Source of the DNA: Eledone cirrhosa
Taxonomy: Eukaryota
DNA length: 64,000 nucleotides
NCBI GenBank assembly: GCA_964016885.1
Contig: OZ024740.1
Span: forward strand, 103,726,001-103,790,000
Direction of reading: 5' to 3'
Made by a program: the position numbers and the translations under genes. The notes beneath the pieces were generated by a model. The model saw nothing but the letters and a program-made list of their open reading frames with translations, did not search any database and was not told where the DNA came from. Numbering within the stretch: position 1 is the first letter of the stretch; every line of letters starts with the position of its first letter. Positions 24,616 to 38,617 of the stretch are shown here, one piece after another.

Positions 24616-26769
24616 TATATTCAGAATAGGGGGTGCACAGTGTGTGTGTGTATATATATCAAACACACACACACACATATATATATGTAAGGAAAAGAAA
24701 ACAGATTGTGAACAATGTCTATGGTTCCATAACAACATCAAAGAAACATGACTTTACTACAGTGGTGCATTTGAGATATTCTTGATAACTAAACAATAAA
24801 TAAAATATTCAAACATATATATTCCACAATAGACACTCCATTGCTATAAACTACCATACCAACTGACTGATCGACATCTGTTTTCATGACAATTATTAAG
24901 AAAATATTTCTTCCTTTGAATTTTTACTGAATATTTATACATGAACCATAAATAATGTTTGTAAAGAATAGGAAAAAAGGAGGAAAATAGTTGTGAAATA
25001 TTGATAAAGAAGAACAGGTAAGGAATAGATATAGTAATAATAGGATATAGAGTATGTTGTTGGACTTCTATTGAGTACAATGGTGAGTGTTACAGGTTTT
25101 TGACCATCAGAACAACCTGCTCATGAAAAGAATGTATAAGTGGCTACAAACTCCATAGATGTGTACTCTATGTATAGACATGTAGTTGTCAGAGAGATTC
25201 ATTTGTGACAAGGCTGGCTCTTTGAATTACAAGTACAACTCATTTTTTCAGCTGAGTGGATTGGGGCAATGGGAAATAAAGTGTCTTGCTGAAAGCCACA
25301 ACATGGTACTGAGAATCGAACTCGCAACCTTACTATCATGAGCCACACACTCTAACCACTTAGTCATCACTATATGGAATACCACATGGAATCAAATCAA
25401 CCACCTTACTATCATGAGTCAAACAGTCTAACCCCTAAGCCATGCACCTTCACTATATGAAATATGTAAATGAAACAAAAATCGTTGATCAAAGAGGGTG
25501 ATATAATGATGCTGTTGGTCATGGTTTTGATTTGTGATATTGACACAATATAATAAATATGTATAATTGATTAGATGAAGCGAAGGTGATTATGTAATGT
25601 ACCTGAATACTGTACACAATAATTTTCATTATTATTTTATCAGTGAAGAAGGGTGAGGCAAAGAGGATGTTGTAGTATTTGAACTCAGTCAATAAAGGGA
25701 AGTAAGTAAACAGCGAAATGTGAATGAGAGAAACAGTTTGTGCAACAGATAGAACCATACATAAGGTAAGGCTTGAAATTAGGATGAATGAAGAGAAGAG
25801 ATGATGATGATGTAATAGTAATGAAGCAAAGGAAAAAATAACTTCAATAGTAATGAAAATAAATGCAAACTAATATATCGTTTTAAAAATTAATTTGAAG
25901 AAAATATCAAAGTTTAATGTTACTCATACAATCAATATAATATTCAATTTTTGAAGTATTCAAAGTTATTTAGTAAACAAAATACAAATGAAGACAATAG
26001 AAAGAAGAAATACTCAAAAATAATAAAAAATAAAAGAACTGCATGTGTGTGTGAGTGTGTGTATGTATGTATGTGTACTGTATTACACATACATATTTAT
26101 TTGTTCGTTGACTCCTACCCCTCTCTCTTACTATCACCCATCTTTATTGCTATCATGCAACCTTTCACCTTTTCTCACATTAACCCCCAACTCCCTTATT
26201 ATTTTTTGTTGATAGATCAATTGTTGCCTTACATCCCTCCCCTTCATCACTCCAACATGTAGCAGTCTATCACTGTCTCTCTTCCATTACTCTCTCCCTA
26301 CCACCCCATTCACTCTCTTTTTCCTTTAACACACTCTTTCTTCCATTCCCATGCTTGGCCACAGTGGCCTTGAAGAAAGGGCAGCAACTTGGCATAAAGT
26401 GGACTCTTTAGTCTTTCAGGGTACATTCCAGCCCCTCTATTTGTAAAGTGGTTGGTGTAAAGAAAAGCAACCAGCCATAGAATCCATGCCAAATGAAACA
26501 TATAAGCAAAATATGGTTCTCTGAACTATCTTGGAAATCATTACATCTAAATAGAGGCTGACTCAGGCTGTGGTGATATATCTAGTCCATGCCAACATGG
26601 AATATTTATCTCATATATATCAATCAAAAATTTATTTGTCTCTAATATATTCTGACATCTCAATGAAAAGATAAAATATTAAATGAGAGAAGCAATTAAA
26701 TATATTAAACTTAAGCCTATATATATATATATATATACATATATATGTATATTATGTATATATAGTAAT

Positions 26770-27085
26770 CAAATCCCGCCGAGGTTGACTTTGCCTTTCA
26801 TCCTTACGGGGTCGATAACATAAGGTAACAGTAATGCACTGGGTAATTGCTGGCCTTGTGCCTAAAGTAGAAACAATTATGTATATATAGTAATAATTGC
26901 TTCTACTTTTGGCACAGGGCCAGCAATTATCCCAATGTATTACTGGTACTTTATTTTATCGACCTCCATAAGGATGAAAGGCAAAGTTAACCTCGGCGGT
27001 ATTTGAACTCAGAATATAAAGGGCCATAACTCTATGCTGCAAACATGGCGTCCGACCCTCTACCGATATTGCCAATCCACTGCCC
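26770..27085. mobile_element. Two SINE A copies tail-to-tail (26770-26880 plus, 26893-27085 minus)
   Basis: Family A diagnostic motifs in both orientations. Confidence 0.9.
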
Positions 27086-27658
27086 TTGTATGTATAGTAA
27101 TAATGAATACAAAGACCACAATCCAGAGAGGACTTGATAAGGGTTGTATATATGTAAATATATATAAACCTAAACAGCAAATATTTATTATTAGTACAGA
27201 TTTAAAGTTTAAGCAAAGAATGTTTGCTTTCACCCTAAGCAAGATCATCAGGAAAATGTTTCAGATGATCCCGCAGAAATTATTTGCTTCAACTTTTAAT
27301 CTATACTAACACACACACACACATGCACACACACTATAAAGAGTAACATTTTAAACTAAATTACCAATTTTGGTAGAAGAATCGCAGATAATTAAATGGA
27401 AATAAATTTAATGATAAAAGTAGAAATATTTATAAATATATAGAAGCAGAATTGTATCAAAGCAGAAAATCAAACACCGAAAGCTATGGACTGGTTCCAT
27501 AGGCTGGGAAATAGAAGCTAAAGCATAAAAAGCAAAAAGATAGATGAGAAATATCAGGGATGGAAAACACGTAGAAAAAAATATAAATTTTTCATTGAGT
27601 AAAGGAGAAGAAAAGAGGAAAAAGTCTTCAGTGAAAGTTAGAAGGGAGCAGCACCTAC

Positions 27659-27669
27659 CTGCACACCAG
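27659..27669 (-). CDS. Candidate micro-exon ctggtgtgcag (11 nt; 15 nt with the second GT)
   Basis: Strong acceptor ctctattcttttcctctccag and donor cag|gtaggt. Confidence 0.4.
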
Positions 27670-28127
27670 CTGGAGAGGAAAAGAATAGAGTATGGGATGG
27701 GTGGAAGATCAGCTCTAAAGTGATATACTAAGACTGCAGTGGTTTAGGTAAAAGAGGTTTATATACAGGTATATATAAAAAATACCAGGGTGTATCTGAT
27801 AACATTAGAGTAACCAGATAAAGAAAAAATAATTTAATTAAAAAAAAAAGATCTAAGAGAAGTAAAGAAGGAAAAGTGAAGGTTAAGTATTTTACCAACC
27901 AGGAGAAAGAGGTAAAGGTTAAAAAATTGAACACACACACACACACATATATATATACATATATATATATGTATGTATAAGGGTAAGAATAAGAGAGAGA
28001 GAGAGAGGAGAAAAGACAAAAAATATAGCGTAAGAGAAAAATGTCCAGGGGGTTTTGCAGTTTGCAAATGTTGAGGAATTTTTCTATGAGGAAGGGAAGA
28101 ATAGGCCAAAGGTGTCTCTCCACATAC

Positions 28128-28229
28128 CTGGCTCTAAGACCCCTGGTTGAGAAGATTGTTTTTCAGCAGATAATATAGTTTGAGAAGAGCCACCCACCGA
28201 ACTGTTACCTGAACTTCCACTGGAGGCAG
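28128..28229 (-). CDS. Probable CaMKII variable-linker exon: ASSGSSGNSSVGGSSQTILSAEKQSSQPGVLEP
   Basis: Acceptor ttactgtgtag, donor cag|gtatgt, 102 nt, open phase 1-1, same strand as the CaMKII exon. Confidence 0.7.
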
Positions 28230-28446
28230 CTACACAGTAACGACAATAAAATGGTTGAAACACTCACATGGAATACGTACAAAAGTAGACAGTTTAATAA
28301 AATATCAGCTAGAAATTAAATTTATAGTTTCTGATTTTGACTCCATATCTATCTGATGACACCTCCTTACAATAGAACAAAATGAGCTGTAAAATAAGAT
28401 TAAATTATCTTATTTATGCTCTAAGAGTAATAGTAATAATAATAAT

Positions 28447-28625
28447 AATTGTTTCTACTTTTGGCACAAGGCCAGCAATTACCCAGTTCATTACTGGTAC
28501 TTTATTTTATCGATCCGGTAAGGATGAATGGCAAAGTTAACCTCGACGGGATTTGAACTCAGACCGTAAAGGGACGTAACTATGCTGGAAAGCATGGCAT
28601 CCGACCCTCTATCGATACTGCCAAT
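28447..28625 (-). mobile_element. SINE A
   Basis: Family A motifs. Confidence 0.9.
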
Positions 28626-31600
28626 AATGATTTTTAACTTTGGTACAAGGCCAAAAGGTATAAGTATAGTTGATTAGACTTCTATCACATAAATTGATAT
28701 TTATTTTTATTGAGCATTTTGGTATTTCAACTGGGAGTTTAAATATATAAAACTAAACCTTGTGTAGTATTTAGTCCAACCCTATGGTTTCTGTTGCTAC
28801 AATGCATTAACAAAACAAGCCCCCTCCCCCCCCCCAAAAAAAAGAGAGAGGGGCAGGGTCAAAATTATTATTTGAATAAAATATTATTGATAAATTAATC
28901 ATTCAAAAATATCAAAAACAAAATGGGAAATTAAAAATGCAATTATCATCTCATTAAAGTAATGAAATTATAACCTAAATTTACCCCCAAACCACTTTCT
29001 TACATTATTTTGTTGAATCTCAGATGTCTAAAGTAAGAGAAGCTGTAATGTTTTATGTTTTGCCAAGAGCACTAACAACAATATAGGTAAGGCGATTGTA
29101 GTTTAACCCTAGATCAGGCCTATAATGAAAGATGTTCCAGATAGGGCCATTTTGTCTTTATTTCAGATATAGTGCATCAAGGAAAATATCCAATATAACC
29201 TATGTTTTTTAAGATGGTAGGGTGGTGTTTGAAGGAAATTTGGGTGATATTTTAGCTGGTTGAATATGCCTATCAAAGTTTACTTGTTGACTCATTAGAA
29301 ATTTTCTGATGTAGTTGTGCTAGTTTCAGCTGTGACATTAAATTAGTTCAGGAAATCAAGCTGCTGTGACCTTATTGTTGTAGTATGGCACTTCATCATG
29401 CCATTTCCATAAACTAGTAGCCACATGTGGAGGCATGTGGCCTAGTGGTAAGGGTGTTAGAATAATGATCATAATGTCATGGGTTGCTCCAGTATACTCA
29501 GCTGAAAATGAGGACTAGTAATAGCTGGGGATTTAACCCAGGAATGAACTGGCGTCTTGTCAAGGGGGGGGGGGAGATCTTGTACTCTGTCGCTTCATGC
29601 CATGAAACTAGGATAAGCACTGGCATGACAAGCCTTCTGGCTTCAGATAAACTTTAAATTTTAGATATGTGGTAGAGGTACTAAACCATTTAACTGAGTT
29701 CCAGATATCCAGAAAATTGACTATTTTTGAAATTAAATAGTTCTAAATTTGTCATACAATTGTCATACAGTTGGCTTGCTTTATCTGTTGCATGCACTGC
29801 TATTATTTTAAGAATTTTAAATGAACCAGCAAAGACGAAAGAGACTCAGCCTTACATATGTATAAATTTATATCTTAATTAAAGTTGTTTCTTTACATTT
29901 CATTGTTTATTTTAAGTATATATTTAGCTTGTATGTAGAAATCTGGCAAATCTAGACCACTGCTGGTCCTAAGCTAGCCAGGTAAATGGCTCAGTACCAG
30001 TATCAACATTTCAAAATATATGGATAGTGACATAAAAGTAAGAGCTTGGTAAGCTATGAGAATAGCAATTAAGATAAAGTTTAAAAAAAAAATATTTTAA
30101 AAACAAAAGTATATTTAAATCAAAACACCCTAAATAAAAAAAAAGTATGTGTGTATGTGGACAAGGTGAATGTTTTCTCTGAGAGGAAGTTGAGATAAAA
30201 TTAAAGGTAAACTGTAAAGCAACGAATTGGTAGAACTGTAAGGCTTTGGATTAAAAGCATCTTGGTAATTGTTCTACCTCAAATCACTCTGAGTGAACTC
30301 AGAAGTTAATTTTTGAGATTGATAAAGTTGACTGTGACAAGATTTGAACTCAGAATGTAATAGACTAATGATATGCCCCAAAGCATTTTATCTGCTGCTC
30401 AATTGATTCTGCCAATCCACTGCCCTATTTATAATAATGATTTCTGATTTAGGCACAAGACCAACAATTCTTTGGGAATGGGAAAGTTGCTTAAATTGAC
30501 CCCAGTGTGTTACTGGGGCTTTAGTTATTCGACCCTGTAAGGATTAAAGGCAAAGTTGATCTTGGCAGGATGGGAACTCAGAATGTATAGAGTCGTCATA
30601 AATAATAATTTCTTGCATCAGTATATTCAAAGCTCAACTGCAGCTAAACCACAACTAACTCTTGGACAGCTATGCTTGACTAAACCTTGAACACAGAAGT
30701 AACTAATCAAACAAAGGAATCAACAGAGGTATTTAGCCATGGCCATTCAATTTTAATCGTAGAAGCAAAATACTTGAAGATTTTAAATATAAAAACATAT
30801 GACTTCAGTTTATATCAAGTGGTAAAGAGGTTTTGAGGGAAGATTTACCCACTACTGAGCAAGTTTAATGACAGTATAGAACTCTCCTAAATTGTTTATT
30901 TGACCTTGTTTTTCAGATACAACAGAGCTTTTGTTGCGAGAGATATGGTTGTTATATTGATTAGCTTGAGCAGTTATACAGTATTTCCTTAGTTATGAAG
31001 TCATGAAATATATATATAGATAACACCAAAGATGTAATATATATAGATAACACCAAAGATAGCAATCTGTTGAGGCAAGAAAGTAACAAGCAAAAATAAA
31101 GTTTAATGTTGGACACATTAGGGATTAATATGACTGTATGTACTCAAGGACAATAGATTCTGATAAAGCTCTCCGATTAGATACTAACAGAGATGTGCGT
31201 TTATATACTAACAAATATAAAATAATTTTACACGAGATGTCATTGAAAAGAGCCCCAGTCAGAATTCACTTACATCTTAGTCTGAAGTTTGATAAAGCTA
31301 TTTAAATAAACCATGATAACATGAATGTAAACACTATTGTCAAGCTGTCAGAATTGTAAGTCTTCTGGACACATGCAGGGATGGTAAAATTGGTATTAGG
31401 TCAGTTGACATGAGGTAGCCATAGACACCAACCAGGTCAATGAGATTGGAGTAATCACAGCTATAAATTTCTAAAAGAGGAAGTAACCATAGTTACCAAG
31501 TCAGAAGATGAGGTAACAAAAGACAAAGTTTGCCTATTGCATTTTCAAAAGATTGGTTCTAAGAAAATTTATAAGGGAAACTTATAAAAGATGTAATATG

Positions 31601-32272
31601 TGTGTGTGTTAGATGCTGAGCAGATAATATATAAAGGTTAAAAAATTGTCATTAATAATGAAATAAGGAGAATGGAAAAGGAAGAATGAAGAGAAGGGTT
31701 TGACGGAGAAATAGGCGATTTTACTTTGTGGTAATTTTTGTTAATTGTTACTAGTTGTACAACAAGGTAGGAAAACAGCAATAATTAAATCTTGTATTTA
31801 AAAATCTGTCCTTTGGCCACTATTAAAACAATACAGACTGTTCAAAGTATGCAAACAAAGAAATGTGAGAATTTGTTGCCTCATTGGGGATGGAAGACTC
31901 GTAACAGACGACTATAATTCTGAATCTGAGGTTATCAAGGTTTCAAACCAGACATTAGTTGAACATTCTTTAGAGGATGAGGTATTGTCCTAATACAACA
32001 CTGATTGATTATACATCACAAATAATAATGTTACATCCAAGAAATAGCAACCCATTAATACATAATGAAGACATGCTGGAGAAAATTTCATGAGAAATAG
32101 TTCCATATCTAAGTATTGATGGAATATAAAGAAGGAAGTGATGAAGACAGAATTAACTAATCTCCCTTCATAAATTAAAATTAAAGCATGGCATGGTAGT
32201 TATGGTCTTACAGATAATACCTTCAGTAAGGATAGCCTTCATGATTACATACATAAAAGCAAATTTGATTAA

Positions 32273-32571
32273 TAATTGGTTCTACTTTTGGCACAAGGCC
32301 AGCAATTACCCACCGTATTACTGGTACTTTATTTTATCGACCCCGTAAGGATAAAAGGCAAAGTTAACCTCGGCGGGATTTGAACTCAGAATGTCAAGGG
32401 CCGTAACTCAATGTGTCAAAGCATGGTGTCCGACCCTCTACCAATACTAATAATTGTTTCTACTTTAGGCACAAGGCCAGCAATTACCCAGTGCATTACT
32501 GGTACTTTATTTTATCGACCACGTAAGGATGAAAGGCAAAGTCAACCTCGGCGGGATTTGAACTCAGATCG
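32273..32571 (-). mobile_element. Two tandem SINE A copies
   Basis: Family A motifs twice. Confidence 0.9.
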
Positions 32572-33419
32572 TAATCTACCAATACTAATAATGAATGATA
32601 ACGATCAAAGGTTTTAATTCTACAGAGCAAACTCTACAGAAAAGATGCCATATTAGCTTTCATTTTAGAGAAAGATCAGTTTCCAATACATTTAGCATTT
32701 TCAATAAAAATAAACAAGTCTCAAGAACAAATATTCAAGAGAGTTGCATTTTTCTTTGTAAACCAGTATTTTCATATGTATGTAGCTCTTTCTAGAGTGT
32801 GTTCACTCCTTGATGTAAAAATAAAAATAACAGATAACAACTCTCATGGTAGAAGACGTGACAAGTGTATAACAAAGAACATAGTTTTCAAAGATGTTCT
32901 CTCCTAAGACTGCACCATCAGTACTACTTATGTCAACTTTACAATATTTCAAGAATCAAACACTTCTGAAAAATACAATTTCTATATAAATTATGTAAAT
33001 AAACTTCCAACAGTTTTAAAGTTATCAAAATAACTATGAAATTTCCATGGATACTGCACACATAAAATTACTGCTGTAAGCTCTGTTTTTAATTATTTAG
33101 TTAGACAAAATGGAACAGTAACTATGACCATTGTCTGACTCGTGGGTTTGATATGACTGATGTTCAGTTTTGAACGTAGGTTGATGATTTAGGAAAACTG
33201 TTGGCAGGGAAGGAATTCCCATTACGTGGATATGAAAGAAGGTGATGGTTCAGAAGAGCATAGTGAGTTGTAATATAGAAGTGGTAGAAGAAAAACATGT
33301 CTCTGTACACCAATGATTGCATTGAAGTGAATTTTTATTAACCAGTTGAATGGCTTTCTTTTGGATGTAATTTAAAATGTTAATGTGTACAAAGATAGCA
33401 TTGTCTTATATAAATGTCT

Positions 33420-33703
33420 AAAGTCTGTCTCCAGCCCAGAGACTCATCAGGTTTACCCCCGTTTTCATGGCATGAGGTGACAGAGTCCAAGTTTGCCTGC
33501 TGGACAGGACACCAGTTCTTTGCAGAGTTAAACCCCCAGCTATTGCTGGTGCTCATTTTCAGCTGAATATACTGGAGCAACATGAAATGTTTTGCTCTAG
33601 AACACAACACAGAACCTGGTCCAGTAATCAAACACACTTACTACCGTCTAAACCCATGCTAGCGTGGAAAATAGACGTTAAACGATGATGATGATGATGA
33701 TGA
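33420..33703. mobile_element. Old SINE (minus; related to 29428-29650 plus) with a solo ~60-bp RTE tail at 33643-33703 (plus)
   Basis: Shared ctcattttcagctga and catggcatga motifs; ccatgctagcgtggaaaatagacgttaaac(gat)n. Confidence 0.65.
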
Positions 33704-34519
33704 TTACCACTAAGCATGTGCCTCCACTTTTATATAAATGAATATTACCACAACAGGTTGTACTTGAATTTGGCAGAGGTTTAGCAACTGGTCAATGCTG
33801 TGGAATTTTCTGACCATGAAGCGAAAGGCTGGTCTTTGGAATACTGTTTTAGTTATGTTATGTATGTGTGAGACAGCACATTTATAATAACTTTTTAGGG
33901 TTTTAACTGTGCGTTGTTCATTTACTGATGAGTTGCTCATTTATAAACAAATAGTTTAACATCTAGCTTACTATTGACTACAGATGACATAATCTTTCTG
34001 CACCATTTTAGGTAATTAATTCTTATATAGAATTAAATTAATTCGCTATAAGAATATATATTTAACCTCGCTCGGCAAGTTTGAACCTGAAATTTATTTA
34101 AAGCTAGGCTAAATATATACTTCTATAAAGAATCAATATAATGCTGTATAGTATGATGATTGAAAACCTGTTGCCAGATCTCAAGCTTTGTCTGGTTAAT
34201 TCTGAATATCTACACATGTACACACAGATACAGACACAAAAACACACGCAATCTAAACAAGAAAGAATGTATGATTTACTACATTGAAGCTGAATGAGAC
34301 CCAACTAAGCTGAAACCATGATGGTTCAGTGTCGCAACCTTTAAATTAGTTTATTGCAAGGCTACATACACAATCTTCAATGTAATTAATACAGTATAGA
34401 TGTGTCTAAAACAATTTATTTTTATCAGCTGTTAGAAAATTGTTGTTACCTAAAAGAAATCTTTTTATCCAAAGATAAATGAGACATTTTCAGCTATTTC
34501 TATATAGATTGTTCTACTT

Positions 34520-34860
34520 ATAATAATAAAAAAAAAAATGAAATTATTGTGTACAGTGCTCAGGTGCACTACAACTCATCAAAGGTGCATGTATAGTACA
34601 AAGAATAATGTACAAATGTCAGGGAAGTGAATAGGGTATGAGTCAAGATATACATGTGTGCGTGTGTATGGAGGGGGAATATTAGGTGTAGTGTTGGCGA
34701 ATCTCAGGAAGCATGGAGGTTTTAAAGGATGCAGTACTGTTTTCTGACTTTGTTGGCATGCCCACGTGTGTTAGACACATGAAAATCAAAAAGGTACTCA
34801 GGGTTGTTGTTGGCAAGATGGTTAATAATTTTGTGGGTGTTTACCAAGGTCACACATTCC
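34520..34860 (-). mobile_element. CR1-like LINE 3' fragment
   Basis: Minus strand DFHVSNTRGHANKVRKQ (TRGH motif) and a 3' UTR matching 20160-20250. Confidence 0.7.
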
Positions 34861-35149
34861 AGTTACTGTTAACAGTAACACTGTGTTTGTTCCTCTTTAA
34901 ATTTTGCTGATCCCCTGCATACAAACCCCCCTTTTCAGTGACTTTCAACAACCCATTTAAATTTGTTTGTCCATATAAAATGCAAAGCATGCCTTTCATC
35001 CTCACGGGAGTCGATAATATGCACTGTGATCGATTTAATTGACTTTCCCCTCCCCAAAAAATTGCTTGTGCCTAAATAAGAAACCATTATTATTATCATT
35101 ATTATTATTTTTCCATTCTGTCTCTCTGATGTGCAGAGTCACAGGTGGA

Positions 35150-35605
35150 TATTGCTTCATGGTCCCAACGGACAGAATTGCAAATGCATAATTCTGGATG
35201 ATAACAAGGGTGATGCACCTAAAAAAGCCAGTTCAACTCATGGAATGCATTCTTGCAGATTGCCATCTCCATTCTGATTGCAGTAAGTAGGGAGGTAGTT
35301 TAGGGATCCAGGATACAAGAGGTTTCCACCATTATGGCTTCCACGATAAACCTATTGAAGAATGGTTGGTACTATGACAGTCTGCAATCCGCAACATGTC
35401 AGGCAATAGAGATCGGCTTTGATGTTGAATTCCACAGGCTTCTGTTGGCGGAATCCTTGTAGAAGGTTATATCCAAGATGAGAGACTTTCCACAATAGAC
35501 TGGAAAGATTGATGCATCTGGCCTTTTGCCATCCCTTCAGACTAACTTCACTGGTTCTAGCTGTGCCTAAGCCATGCCTAATGATCTTATTGAGAGTGAC
35601 ACGCC
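35150..35605 (-). mobile_element. Decayed CRE-like non-LTR element, restriction-like endonuclease region
   Basis: TLNKIIRHGL, LEP, DGKRPDASIFP..GKSLILDIT, IMVETSCILDP. Confidence 0.75.
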
Positions 35606-36132
35606 TTTCATTTCATTATTTAAACTGCATTTTTACATTTCTTATTTAAAATGTTTCTGCTGAATTGAATGACTCATATGTAAAACTGCGTCATCATTTG
35701 ATTTTTAGAAGTTAAAAATCATTTATAAAATAGGATTCCAACATGTGAAATATATCGCTGTCAAATTACATTGGTTAAATAATATTTTCCCAATAAATAT
35801 ATATAGATGTCATTCCCCTTGCAAGAGTGTTAAAATGTCAGTTGTTAGTCTCAAGCGATTCAGATGAAATTATGTGTCTAGAGTTATTTAGAAAGAACAG
35901 CTCTGATGCATTTAATAACATATTCACCCCATTAGTAGGTAGGATTGAGTTTAAGACATTTTAAAATAAAATCATTTGATGTTGTCAGTTAATAATGAAA
36001 CAATAATTTTATTATTTCAAGTAAGGAAACAAAGAAAGAAAAAAAAGGACTGCAAAAAGTTAGTAGTTTCAACAAAAGTAAACAATACTAATAGACAAGG
36101 TTCTATTGTATATGAGGGAAATAAGGAGAGCA

Positions 36133-36165
36133 ATATATATATACACACACACACACACACATATA

Positions 36166-36244
<79 letters not shown>

Positions 36245-36265
36245 GCGTGTGCGTGTGCGTGTGTG
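36133..36265. repeat. Compound (TA)/(CA)/(TG) microsatellite
   Basis: Read directly. Confidence 0.95.
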
Positions 36266-37850
36266 TCATCATCGCTGTTTAACGTCCATTTTCCATGCTA
36301 GCATGGAATATATATATATATATAAAAAGGTGCAGAGCACTAGAAGTTGATGGAAACCGCGGAGACCCAAGATGACCTGGGGTGAGGTGATAAAAGCCGA
36401 CCTTACCCAATTACACCTCCCAAAGGCAATGACACACGACCGTGACTTCTAGCGTCACGCAGTAATACAGAGTACCCGACCTCCCATGGGTACAAGCTGA
36501 AGCTACATATTGAACATGGCCATTTCCCTCATGGAATCAGAGTATTGTCCTCTCTTCTGCTTATCAACACTTTTGTTTTAGCTATGTTCACTCTCAGGCC
36601 TCTTGATTTCAACTGTTGTTTCCATAGCCAGAATTTATTCTCTAGCTCCTCTACTGATTCTGCTATAAGAATCAGATCATCAGCATAGAGAAGTTCCCAT
36701 GGACAGCCAGTCTTAAACTCCTCTGTTATGGCTTGGAGGACTATAATGAACAAGAGTGGGCTGAGGACCAAACCTTGATGTACTCCTACTTGTATCTGGA
36801 ATTCCTCACTAAATTCCATTCCTATTCCCACTTTACTGACAGCACCCCTGTACATAGCTTGCACAGTCTTCAGAAGCCATTCCTCTACACCTAGTTTCCT
36901 TAGGGACCACCAGATCGGAGTACCCTATCAAAGGCCTTCTCTAGGTCAACAAAAGCTAAGTATAGTGGCTTATTCTTCTCTAAGAACTTCTCTTGTAGTT
37001 GCCTCACTAAGAAGAAGGCATCTGTTGTACTCTTCCCAGGCACAAAACCAAACTGCATCTCATCTAATTTTACCCTTTCTCTAATCAGTTGCCTTAATAT
37101 TCTCTCTGCCACTTTCATAACCTGATCCATCAGCTTTATGGCCCTATAATTGCTCCTCTCTAGAGCATCCCCTTTACCTTTGTAGCAATTTATGAGAATA
37201 CTGCTGCACCAGTCTTTGGGTATGACACCACCATATATAGTTTGATTAATGATGCGTGCAACTAGTTTAGTGCCTTCTTCTCCTGATGCCTTCAGCATCT
37301 CAGCAACTATCTCCGGACGGTCCAGCAGCCTTACCATTCTTCATTTCCTTAATTGCCTCTTGTATCCTATATTCGTCAATCTCAATAGCTGGTCCCTCTA
37401 CTGGGGTAATTCCTCTCTGTCCCATTCGTTCTCTACATTCATCAGTCTCTCATAATGACATTTCCAGGCCTCCTTCTTTTGATCATTCGTGACACTAAGT
37501 ACATCAGCATCATTCCAGACACGCTTATCTCCAACATCTTGATTGGCACTGACACACTGCCTTGCAATGCAGAACACCGCACGTCTCTGATCTTCCCGTC
37601 GCAGAACATTGGCAAACCTCCTACTCTCAGCCTCCCTGCGTGCTAAGTACACCTGACATCTAGCTTCTCTCTTAGCGGCTGTGTATCCGTCTCTACTGCC
37701 ACCATTTTCCCAAGCTTTCCATGCCAGTCTTTTGTCTCTCATGGCCCTATCTACAGTGCTGTTCCACCACCAGGTCACTCTCTGCCCCAACCACAAGTTT
37801 CTTCAGTAGGTTGCAGTTCTCATGCAAGAAATTCCAGTTATCATCAACAA
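36266..37850 (-). mobile_element. Composite RTE: family B RT fragment + inverted family C fragment + (TA)n + RTE tail; inverted counterpart of 5490-7112
   Basis: ORFs 36529-37796; same junction ...caatatgtag|cttcagcttg as at 6870. Confidence 0.92.
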
Positions 37851-38392
37851 TATATATATATATATATATATCTATATATGTAAATAAACTCACACACACA
37901 CATACTTATATATACATATGGGGAATAGCCTTTCTTTTATACGTATGTTGTTAAAAACAATACATTTTTGAGCTTCAATTTCTTTAAGATTCCAGTAAGA
38001 ATCCCACAGAATACTGCTAATGTAGGAAAGATGTGCATAAGACTATACAATAAAAGAGGTTGTAAAAATAAGTGAACAAGACTGATAATGATGACATTGA
38101 GGGTCTGGAAACCACAATTATATTATGGAATATTTAGAAACTATATTATTCCACATGAACTGTAGAGACATTATTAAAATATCTGAAAAGGTTCTAATAA
38201 AGAAATTGAAACTTGAAAATAGTAATCTTTTAACAACACAGACATATATATGTAGATGTATGTGTGTGTATGTTTATGTCTGTATTTGTTTATCTCCTAT
38301 AACTTAGCAGTCTGACAAAGAGAGACCAATAAAATAAGTAAAAGATTTCAAAAATAAGTATTGGGTTAATATAATTGACTAAATCCTTTTAA

Positions 38393-38617
38393 CCCATTAG
38401 CATTTACATTATTCTATATGTACTATTGTATTTTCATGGTAAACGCTTCATCTCAGATAATATCTCACATAATATCGAATCTATGAGGCTTTCATGTTAT
38501 TTATTTTGAGAACACTACCTTAACATCAGTATGATGTGGCCAGTTAGTTATGGTCAGTTTGAACAGAAAGAGGTGACAGAATTCTGGCTGGATACGGGCA
38601 GTTTAAATGCTAAAGGG
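38393..38617. mobile_element. piggyBac-type MITE
   Basis: TTAA on both sides, TIR cccattagcattta/taaatgctaaaggg; second copy at 40889. Confidence 0.88.

Noticed and set aside
31273-31280. 8-nt micro-exon actaagat with gtaagt donor
   Set aside because: Stop codon in phase 1 and frameshifting, with no other support
34281-34332. Hammerhead-like ctgaatga...gaaaccatgatggtt
   Set aside because: Extra base in the core and no stem II pairing
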